This document shows, one piece after another, positions 6,203 through 14,009 of a stretch of 14,009 bases of DNA. The stretch is taken from NCBI GenBank assembly GCA_963745235.1, contig CAVUXE010000056.1, positions 1-14,009 on the forward strand, written 5' to 3'. The notes beneath the pieces were generated by a model, which worked only from the letters and a program-made list of their open reading frames with translations, searched no databases and was not told where the DNA came from. A program made the position numbers and the translations under genes. Source of the DNA: an uncultured Spirochaetota bacterium (lineage in GTDB: Bacteria; Spirochaetota; Spirochaetia; SZUA-6; Fen-1364). The stretch's first letter is position 1. Each line of letters begins with the position of its first letter.

Positions 6203-6889
6203 ATGAGCATTTTTGAGAAGGCTTTACCCCCAGGACGGATTGAGAATATTGCTGAGAAGCTTTCTGCAACGGTTAGAAGTATCGTTCCGATTTTTGTCGA
6301 AGCCATCGCACAGGATGCGAGTGACTTTGTCCAAAATTTCAAAAAGCGTGATCTCACACTCAAAGATCGTTCACCGGCTTTGACAGATGAATTGGCTGTG
6401 GAGACCTACGGGCTGGACAGGAAGGAAATTGCTCTCACGACCCTCACAGCCTATCTCATATTCTCCGTCAAAGAGTATTTATCTTTCCAACATATCTTGG
6501 ATAGAAAGAGCCGAGCGCATTTGGTTGACAGGATGGTTTTTCTTTTGATAGACGATAAAAGCAAAAACTGTTTTGAAAAGGAATGGGCCAAAATCGTACA
6601 GACTCCTGGTGATAGTATTCGAAAAAAGGAGCTCTTGGCGGGCAATTTGCTAAGCTCACTCGGCGCTGTAGATTCCTCATTTTTTGCCGATGACTTGAAC
6701 AATATTTGGCATCACTACGTTGTTCTCATAGAAGCTATGTCTAGCTGCGTGATTCTTCACGTAGATAAGACGCTGAATTTAGGAAATTACCCTGCTCAGA
6801 AGCAGCTTACAGACGAGTATTTATCAGCTTCAGCGGATTTTCGAATGGATCGGAAAGGTATCCAACGAATATTAGAACGATTGGATTAG
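6203..6889 (+). CDS. Hypothetical soluble protein (228 aa), AT-rich gene
   Basis: SD AAGGAG just after the upstream TAA favours ATG 6203 over 6164. Long uninterrupted ORF with no motif recognised. Confidence 0.75.
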   Translation: MSIFEKALPPGRIENIAEKLSATVRSIVPIFVEAIAQDASDFVQNFKKRDLTLKDRSPALTDELAVETYGLDRKEIALTTLTAYLIFSVKEYLSFQHILDRKSRAHLVDRMVFLLIDDKSKNCFEKEWAKIVQTPGDSIRKKELLAGNLLSSLGAVDSSFFADDLNNIWHHYVVLIEAMSSCVILHVDKTLNLGNYPAQKQLTDEYLSASADFRMDRKGIQRILERLD

Positions 6890-6913
6890 ATGGAACGGGA
6901 AGAGGAGCCGGCA

Positions 6914-7358
6914 ATGCTTAGTCAAATCCTGGTACCCTTGGATGGATCTAAACGCGCGGAAGCGATCCTTCCCTATGTCGAATACCTTGCAAGCAGAGGA
7001 GAAGTCACAGGTGGTCCTGCTCCAAGTGATCGAGCCCTCGGCTGCAGTAATGGCTTCTGGTGCCCCCCTTGTGGATCAAGAAACAATCGATCGAATATAT
7101 CGTGAGGCTCGGGATTATCTCGAGGGACTTCAAGCACGCCTGGAAGAAAAGGGAATACACGGGCGCACACACGTGGCGCTCGGCCCTGTTGTGAGCACGA
7201 TTGTCGATTTCGCCGCACAGGAGAAAATCGACCTCATCGCGTTGGCGAGCCACGGAAGAAGTGGATTGCCGGCGGTCTTCTACGGGAGTGTCGCCGCAGG
7301 AGTATTGCATCGCGCTGATCGGCCTCTCCTGATAATTCGATCCAATCAGGCTTCATAG
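6914..7358 (+). CDS. Universal stress protein (UspA family), frameshifted near 6995-7002
   Basis: MLSQILVPLDGSKRAEAILPYVEYLA in one frame continues as KSQVVLLQVIEP...IDLIALASHGRSGLPAVFYGSVAAGVLHRADRPLLIIR in the +1 frame. SD GAGGAG. Confidence 0.88.
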
Positions 7359-7784
7359 CTTGGCGACACGATGCGGTGAATGACGAACATCGCCGGGTCG
7401 CGAGCGATGTGGACGAGAACCGATGGAGAAGTTCTCTGCCCCGTCACTTGCGCTCAGAGGGTGGAGAAGGACTCTATCTTGCAACCTGCGCAGTCCCCAT
7501 TCAACGCAGCCCTTCTTGCTCTTTGAGCCATGTAGAACGACTGTTGGTACGGCGTTTGCAGCATAAAGAGCGTTGAAACGTCAGCATGAACCCAAGTTCC
7601 ACGCCCTCAAAGTGGAGGCTGCCACGCTCGGGGTCCTTGCTATGCATGGTTTCTACTACCATATCTATCGAAGCCAATTCAAGGGACACACAATCTAGAG
7701 CATGAGGGCGTAAGGCGCCACGAGAGGAGTCTCTGATACCGTAGGAGTGACCACCAAGCGCACGGCGTCGGCGCCGCGAGGCTT

Positions 7785-8978
7785 TCAAGGGCTTGCGGCA
7801 AGCGCAGCTTCCTCGTGAAAAATATGCTTGTCCAGTGCCAGGCTGATAGCCCCGATGACGCCTGCATCCATTCCAAAAGATGAAAACGTCACGAGAGTGG
7901 ATTTCTTGATAACCTCCATCGCAGTAGCGCGGTATTCTTCCATCATCGGCTCCTCGATCAGCTGGCGTGCGCTCGCAATGCCCCCGGCGATTACGACCTT
8001 GTCTGGGTTAAACAAATTCGTGGCGATCGAGATGGCGCGACCGAGATAACGGCTGGCATCCCGGAAGATTTCTTGGGCCTTCTGATTGCCTGAGAGCGCC
8101 ATTTCCGCCACATCTTTCGCCGAGTAGCAGGTTCCCGGCGACTTCGCGCCAAATGCCGCATCTGCGAACCTGCTGATCGCATAGCCCGAAGCAACCGCCT
8201 CGAGACAACCCTTTTTTCCGCAATCGCAAAGAACGTCCCGATTGGTGATTCGAATGTGGCCAAACTCGCTGTTGTTATTATAGATCCTGCCATTCACGAC
8301 AATGGCTGACCCTATGCCATACCCTACGTTTACGTAAAAAATGTTCTTGATCTCATTTGACTTTCTCATGCCACTTTTCACCGAACGCCATGGCACGAGT
8401 GCAGTTATCTAAAGTCGTCGGTATGCCTAGCCGCTGTTCCACGAGGTCTCGAAAGGGCACGTCTTCCCAGTCAAACGCAGGGGAGAAAGCGATTCTTCCT
8501 TCTTGCCGTCGATCAAACCGCGGATCGAGATGCCGATTCCTACCACCTTATCCTTCGAGATGTTTCCACGAGTAAGGATTGATTCAATCAGTCCTTCTAT
8601 CTGAGCGAGGACACCTTCGGGGTTTCGCCTTTCAGTGGTCGGCACACGCAACTGAGCTACCCGTTCGCCTTTCAGTCCGCCAAGGGCTGCCACGGTATTG
8701 GTCAGGCCAACATCAAGACCAACGACGCGCTGCCACGACGAGTTCAGTCGCAACAGTATTGGTTTTCGACCTCCCGTGCTTGTCACGCTCCCTTTGCCCG
8801 TTTCTACAACAAGTTCTTCCTTAATCAAATCAGCGACTATTTCAGAAATGGTTATTTTGCTGAGCCCCAACTGTCTGGCAAGCTCTGCCCGTGATAGCGA
8901 GTCGATGAACTTCAGCTTTCGGAGCACGAGGGCGCGGTTTATGAGCCTTGCACTTCCAGGATCGCCTCTGAGCTTCAT
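7785..8978 (-). CDS. ROK-family (NagC/XylR-like) transcriptional repressor, with two compensating frameshifts
   Basis: N-terminal HTH LSRAELARQLGLSKITISEIVADL, GGRKPILL and VGLDVG. The middle segment GRIAFSPAFDWEDVPFRDLVEQRLGIPTTLDNCTRAMAFGEKWH lies in a shifted frame (about 8497-8365). C-terminal GYGIGSAIVVNG, EFGH and CDCGKKGCLE (Zn-binding ROK motif). Confidence 0.92.
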
Positions 8979-8983
8979 TTTGT

Positions 8984-9005
8984 TAGGTAGGTTATCATAC
9001 TTACT
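8984..9005 (-). promoter_or_regulatory. Putative ROK operator, copy 1
   Basis: Minus strand AGTAAGTATGATAACCTACCTA, 20/22 identical to 9157-9178. Confidence 0.75.
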
Positions 9006-9018
9006 ATTTGATTTACAA
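8989..9018 (-). promoter_or_regulatory. Putative sigma70 promoter of the ROK gene
   Basis: Minus strand TTGTAA (9018-9013), 18-nt spacer ending in TGA, then TAACCT (8994-8989), giving extended -10 TGnTAACCT. Confidence 0.55.
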
Positions 9019-9145
9019 GAGCATTTAGCAAGAATTGCAAGTCGTTAACACTTGTTGGCTTCCTGATTTGAAGAAGCGTCGGAAGGCAGTGACCTGATAG
9101 AATACGACATCAAAAAAGACAGCTAAATAAGTTTTTCGAAAAGAC

Positions 9146-9173
9146 TTGACAAACTAAGTAAGTATGGTAACCT
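9146..9173 (+). promoter_or_regulatory. Putative sigma70 promoter of the ABC operon
   Basis: Perfect TTGACA (9146-9151), 16-nt spacer, then TAACCT (9168-9173) preceded by TG at 9165-9166. Confidence 0.7.
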
Positions 9174-9178
9174 AACTA
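9157..9178 (+). promoter_or_regulatory. Putative ROK operator, copy 2
   Basis: AGTAAGTATGGTAACCTAACTA, an imperfect palindrome AGTAAG-N9-CTAACT overlapping the spacer and -10. Confidence 0.75.
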
Positions 9179-9218
9179 CAACAAGCCAATCATTTCTGCC
9201 TTTTGAAGGAGCAGCCTC

Positions 9219-10172
9219 TTGAACGCAGGCCGAGTGCTGGATGGGCGGAAGCTCGCGGAAAAGTCAGCGATATTTGTCGTCCTGATCGTGCTGGTGTTTG
9301 TCGCCGCACTCATCTCTCCTGCTTTTCTGACAGAACGCAATCTTTCAAACGTCGTTCGCCAGGCATCCATTCTCGGTGTCGTGGCAGTGGGACAGCTTTT
9401 CGTTATCCTCACCGGCGGCATTGATCTGTCTGTCGCATCCGTAATCGCCTTGATGTCCATTCTCAGCAGTGGGTTGATGAACGGCGAGGACAAGCTCTTG
9501 TGGCCGGTCTCCCTTCTTTGCCTGGCCTTTTCTCTCGTTATTGGCCTTACAAATGGTCTCCTTGTCACGAAGCTCAGAATCCCTGCGTTCATTACGACTC
9601 TGGGGATGGTGCTGATCGTGCAGGGCATCCGCTTCCTTTACTCGGGTGGAATGCCCAAAGGCCAGATATCTGAAGGGCTGATGTATTTTGGCCGAGCCTC
9701 CATCTTCTCTATTCCGATGACTGTGTGGATCTGCCTGGCCGTCGGAGCCATTTCCGCAGTTGTCCTCCATGCCACCACGCTTGGGAGGAGCATCTATGCG
9801 GTGGGCGGAAATGCCCGTACCGCCTACATGTCGGGTGTCAACACGCACAGAGTGCTGATAATTGCTTACATGATCAGCAGTCTATGGGCGGGTTTCACTG
9901 GGCTTCTTCTGACCGGGTGGGTAGGGATGGCGGACAACTGGCTAGGTCAAGGCTATGACTTGAACTCGATTGCAGCTGTAGTCATAGGCGGGGCGCTCTT
10001 GTCGGGCGGGAAAGGCACGGTTTGGGGGACTTTGGCTGGCGCGTGCATGATCGCCATGCTCTTCAACATCGTCATACTTCTTGGTCTGGACGCGGACACA
10101 CAGCGAATAGTGCGAGGCCTGGTAATCATCGGGGCGGTGGGACTGTACATGCGGCTGAATGTCCGCCAGTAA
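9219..10172 (+). CDS. Sugar ABC transporter permease (RbsC-like, CUT2)
   Basis: SD GAAGGAG before TTG. Motifs GQLFVILTGGIDLSV, IPAFITTLG, GRSIYAVGGNARTAYMSGVN and LNSIAAVVIGG. Confidence 0.95.
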   Translation: MNAGRVLDGRKLAEKSAIFVVLIVLVFVAALISPAFLTERNLSNVVRQASILGVVAVGQLFVILTGGIDLSVASVIALMSILSSGLMNGEDKLLWPVSLLCLAFSLVIGLTNGLLVTKLRIPAFITTLGMVLIVQGIRFLYSGGMPKGQISEGLMYFGRASIFSIPMTVWICLAVGAISAVVLHATTLGRSIYAVGGNARTAYMSGVNTHRVLIIAYMISSLWAGFTGLLLTGWVGMADNWLGQGYDLNSIAAVVIGGALLSGGKGTVWGTLAGACMIAMLFNIVILLGLDADTQRIVRGLVIIGAVGLYMRLNVRQ

Positions 10173-10310
10173 GTCACCGGGAAAGGAGGACCAAACGAGA
10201 AAGACGAGGGGCAGGCCGTCAAGGCCGTGACCCGGTATTTGACGGCCGGGGTGAAGGCGCAAGGCGTCTTCGAGGAACGCCGGCCAAAACGCAAGGAGGG
10301 ATAGGGTAAC

Positions 10311-11342
10311 ATGAAATCATTCTTTCGGGCTCTCATGATCGTCGCCGCGGCGACACTGATAACTGGAGGCCTGTTCGCTCAGTCCTCGCAGATGGTCGAC
10401 ACGGCCAAGTACGCGAAGGCGCCTCCCTGGACAATCGGGTTCAGCAACGCCTCGGTGTCTAACACATGGCGCGTCTCGTTCGTAGAGCAATTGCGCTATT
10501 CCATCGATCTGGCCAAGCAGCAGGGCCTCGTCAAGGACTACTACGAAACCAACGCCAACGACGATCCCACCAAGCAGGTTGCCGATGTTGAGGACCTCAT
10601 AACAAAGGGCGTCGACCTGCTCATCGTAAGCGCTGCAAGCTCTGAAGCTCTGACACCTGTCGTTGAAAAGGCCATGGACCAGGGGATCCCGGTCCTCATG
10701 GTGGACCGCAATATCTCAAGCGACAAGTACGTCACATTCATATCGGGCAACGACAAGAATATGGCGAAGCTGCAGGCTGACTGGCTCATCCAGCAGATCC
10801 ACGGCAAGGGCAATGTGGTCCTTATTACCGGCCTTGCAGGAGCAAGCCCGGCGGAGGACCGTCTGGCCAGCGCAACTGCCGAGTTCACCCGCCCGGGAAT
10901 AAAGATCCTGGCAAGGGAATACGGGGACTGGTCCGTCGTCAAGTCCCGCCAGATCATGGAAACGCTGCTCCAGAAGTATCCCAAGATTGACGCGGTGTGG
11001 TGCGACAGTATGGAGGCGGTGGGAGCATACCAGGCATTCAAGGAAGCAAATCTGCCCGTTCCTCCAATGACCAGCGAAGATGCGAACCAGTTCCTCAAGA
11101 TCTGGAAGAACGACCCGCAGCTCAAAGCGAGATGCGTCACCAACAGCGTTCGCCAGGGCAGCCGCGCAGTGGAGATTGGCATGAAGATTCTCAGAGGAGA
11201 GTCGGTGCCGCACCTGTTTCAGGAGCCCAACGCGGTCATAACCCGCGAGAACCTCGACCAATTCGTCCGTATGGACCTTCCGGACAGTTTCTATGCGTAT
11301 ACGCAACCGGAAGTGACCAAGCGGCTGTTCCCGGCCCAGTAA
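10311..11342 (+). CDS. Sugar ABC transporter substrate-binding protein (periplasmic binding protein type 1)
   Basis: SD AAGGAGG. Signal peptide MKSFFRALMIVAAATLITGGLFA with no lipobox Cys. Motifs TIGFSN, QVADVEDLITKGVDLLIV, GIPVLMVDR and GKGNVVLITG. Confidence 0.95.
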   Translation: MKSFFRALMIVAAATLITGGLFAQSSQMVDTAKYAKAPPWTIGFSNASVSNTWRVSFVEQLRYSIDLAKQQGLVKDYYETNANDDPTKQVADVEDLITKGVDLLIVSAASSEALTPVVEKAMDQGIPVLMVDRNISSDKYVTFISGNDKNMAKLQADWLIQQIHGKGNVVLITGLAGASPAEDRLASATAEFTRPGIKILAREYGDWSVVKSRQIMETLLQKYPKIDAVWCDSMEAVGAYQAFKEANLPVPPMTSEDANQFLKIWKNDPQLKARCVTNSVRQGSRAVEIGMKILRGESVPHLFQEPNAVITRENLDQFVRMDLPDSFYAYTQPEVTKRLFPAQ

Positions 11343-11366
11343 CGGTCGCGGAGCACAGATGCCTTT

Positions 11367-11400
11367 CGGAGACCGGCAGGTGAAGTACTGTCGGTCTCCG
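11367..11400 (+). other. Intercistronic 13-bp stem-loop after the binding-protein gene
   Basis: CGGAGACCGGCAG-GTGAAGTA-CTGTCGGTCTCCG with one G-U pair. No U-tract, so probably mRNA-stabilising rather than an intrinsic terminator. Confidence 0.7.
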
Positions 11401-11423
11401 CTTCGAAGACGGCTGGGAGCAGC

Positions 11424-12927
11424 ATGAGCGGATACGTCGTTGAGATGCATCACATCTCAAAGTCCTTTGGTGGGGTGCGCGCACTTCGGGATGTCACGCT
11501 TCGATGCCGCGGCGGTGAGGTGCACACCGTCGTTGGCCAGAATGGCGCCGGGAAATCTACGCTGATGAATATTCTCTCTGGCGTTTACCAGCCCGATAGC
11601 GGGGAAATACTGCTGGACGGCCGCAAGGTCCAGTTCGCCGGACCGAACGAAGCACAGCGAGCGGGCCTCAGCATTATCCATCAAGAGCTGAACCTCCTGC
11701 CACATCTCAGCGTGGCTGCTAACGTATTCATGGGGCGTGAGGTGCGCGGTAGATTCGGCCTGCTGGACTCTCGCCAACAGATCCGCGGTGCGCGCGAGGT
11801 GCTGGCTCGTCTCGGGGTGTCAATTGATCCATCGGAGAGAGTGGGCCGGCTGAGCATTGCGCAGCAGCAGATGGTGGAAATCGCGAAGGCATTGTCCTTG
11901 AACGCCCGGGTAGTGATCATGGACGAGCCGTCGGCCACCCTGGGGACGGCAGAGCTGGAACGGCTCTTCGAGGTCATCTCCGCGTTGAAGGCCCATGGAG
12001 TAGTGGTTATCTACATTTCGCACCGACTTGCAGAGGTGTTCCAAATTGCCGACTGGGTCACTATCTTTCGAGACGGCATGGTGGTGGAGTCTCGCGCTAT
12101 CGGAGACATCGACCGCACCACGCTTGTGCGCCTCATGATCGGCAGCAGCACCTTCACCGAGCAGTTTCCCCCTCGAGGCGTTTCGGCAGGTCCAGAGACG
12201 CTACGCATCGACCGCATGAGCTCTGCCCCGGTCCTGCACGACATCACCTTGAGCGTCCGGTGCCGGGAAATCGTGGGGCTGTCCGGTCTCATGGGCTCGG
12301 GCAGAACTGAGCTCGCGCAGACGGTATTCGGCGTTCGCCGTTACGAGTCCGGAAGTATCTTGATCGATGGAAAACCAGTACGCCCTCGCCGGCCGTCTTC
12401 CGTTATACGTCGGGGCGTGGGCTACCTGCCCGAGAGCCGCAAGGAGGAAGGCCTGGTGATGGGCCTTTCGGTCGCGCACAACAGCGCTCTGGCCAGCCTG
12501 GGAAAACGTCAAAGCCTCGGCTTCATAGCGCGTGGCGCTGAACGTGCCGCAATCTCAAAGACTGTGAAGGCCCTCAACGTGATAACACCCTCGCTTTCGC
12601 AGGAGGTGGAGCGGCTGAGCGGTGGTAACCAGCAGAAGGTGGTCATCGCCAAGTGGCTGATTTGTGGGCCGCGGCTCATCATCTTTGACGAGCCTACGCG
12701 TGGAGTCGACGTTGGCTCTAAAGTGGAGATCTGGCGCCTCATGAGGAATCTGGCTGACGCAGGTGCAGCTATCCTGATGATCTCTTCTGAGCTGCCCGGA
12801 AATCATCGGCATGAGCGACCGGGTGCTGGTCATGCATAAAGGCAGAATCGCGGGAGAGCTCTCCGGGGAGCAGGTAAATGAGGAGGCAATCGTGACGCTC
12901 GCTTCTTTCGGGGAAAAGCATGAATAG
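11424..12927 (+). CDS. Sugar ABC transporter ATP-binding protein (RbsA-like, fused double ABC domain), frameshift near 12796
   Basis: [40 protein letters not shown] and [12 protein letters not shown]. After ISSELP one extra base shifts the frame. The true tail [21 protein letters not shown]...GEKHE* ends at TAG 12925-12927. Confidence 0.93.
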
Positions 12928-13917
12928 TGCGGGGGTTCCCGAGACGCACGGTTCGGTGTCGACGATCCGTTTCATTCGTCAACACAGCGAGACGGTCACG
13001 ATCTATCTGTTCCTCGCGGTTATCGCCGTCATTGGCGCGCTTTTCGCTCCGGATTTTCTCAGATCGCGCAACCTTTTCAACGTTCTTCTCCAGTCGGTCG
13101 CCCTGGGCCTCGTGGCAATTGGGCAGACATTCGTCATCCTCGGTGGCGGAATAGATCTTTCCGTCGGGGCGACAATCAGCATGGTGGCAGTATACGCCTC
13201 AGGGCTGATGGCGGGGAGCCCGGCGCTCGGCGTGGCGATTCCCGTCATTCTGCTCATTGTGTGTATGGCGTTGGCCGTCGGGCTGCTCGACTCCCTCCTT
13301 GTGAGCCGGCTTCGGTTTTTCCCCTTCATTGCCACCATGGCCGTGGGCTCGATCGTCCAGGGCGTCGTGCTCATGTACACCAAGCGGCCGAAGGGCCGCA
13401 TCTCCCCGTGGTGGGGATATTTCGCAAACGGATATTGGGCCGCCCCATTTGCTGTTATTTTCCTCATCCTCGCCATCATTGTTGCCCACTTCATTCTCAC
13501 CAAAACAGTACTGGGCGGCATATCTTTGCGACGGGAGAAAACGAACGTTCGGCCCGGCCGTCGGGGATCCAGACGGCAGGGTGGTCCCTTTTCCTACCTC
13601 TTCTCCAGCTTCATCGCGGCCCTCTCTGCGCTCTTCCTCATCAGCCGCATCAGGATGAGAAGAAAATGCAGTTCAGCAGGCTGGACTCTATCGTCTATGA
13701 TCTCAACTCAGGTGTTGCTGGTTTGGTCGAAGGGTACGGCACTTGGTAGCAGAAGTCGGCGGCGTTCTGGGCGGCGTTTACAGTTTTCTGATCGTGTCCC
13801 TGCTCGACGACGTGTTCGATCTCGTCGGAGTCAACACGTGCCTGCAGTTGGATGCTCCAGGGTCTCATCATCCTCCGGCGGTTCCCGCCTGCCAGCGCTC
13901 CAGCGAAGCACGTCTGA
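12920..13917 (+). CDS. Second sugar ABC permease (RbsC-like), multiple indels after about 13510; absent from the ORF track
   Basis: ATG 12920 overlaps the ATPase end. Reads MNSAGVPE...[33 protein letters not shown]...[10 protein letters not shown]. Later motifs ([29 protein letters not shown]...FDLVGVN, QGLII) are scattered over shifting frames. The end position is approximate. Confidence 0.85.
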
Positions 13918-13931
13918 GGAGAGAATATTCC

Positions 13932-14009
13932 TTGAAGCAGTTCGATTACTACAACCCACGAAGTACCCTCTCGGGGCCGGCAGGATCAAGAGGCGGACAG
14001 TAGCGGCCC
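13932..14009 (+). CDS. Start of an iron-containing alcohol dehydrogenase family protein (partial, with indels)
   Basis: SD GAGGAG then TTG. MKQFDYYNP followed in an adjacent frame by PTK...GAGRIK matches the typical Fe-ADH N-terminus F.Y.NPTKI.FG.G. Confidence 0.6.

Noticed and set aside
6990-7005. Programmed ribosomal frameshift in the USP gene
   Set aside because: No canonical slippery heptamer or stimulatory structure, and similar indels recur in unrelated genes in the window.
7376-7788. ORFs 7376..7576 (+) and 7501..7788 (-) between USP and ROK
   Set aside because: No recognisable motif or convincing SD and atypical composition. Treated as intergenic.
9345-12833. Long antisense ORFs within the ABC operon (e.g. 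10541..11182, 10716..11453)
   Set aside because: Shadow frames of GC-rich coding sequence fully explained by the sense-strand genes.

Overview
Bacterial window with three parts. (1) 1-4223 looks like the decayed right end of an integrative element. It carries two tandem LuxR-type HTH regulators, a GYD-domain protein, an M20 (ArgE/DapE-like) amidohydrolase, small orphan or degraded ORFs and a broken relaxase-like C-terminal tail. It ends in a compact att-like structure: CTGTGACATT x2, 10-bp-phased TGCAAG repeats, an IHF-like box and the 3' half of a tRNA-Val(GAC) at about 4178-4223. (2) 4224-7358 is an accessory patch: an internally duplicated zincin-like (HExxE...YxxAH) protein with a small coiled-coil partner, an MscS-like fragment, two orphan genes and a frameshifted universal stress protein. 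(3) 7785-14009 is a ROK-family repressor divergent from a CUT2 (ribose/xylose-type) sugar ABC operon (permease, binding protein, ATPase, permease, start of an Fe-containing alcohol dehydrogenase). Both divergent promoters carry a near-identical 22-bp operator over an extended -10. Single-base indels break several genes and become dense in the last ~500 bp, which most likely reflects sequencing or consensus error. I see no CRISPR array, rRNA, intact tRNA or transposase. The best candidates for something undescribed are the duplicated metalloprotease-like gene with its partner, and the att-end architecture.
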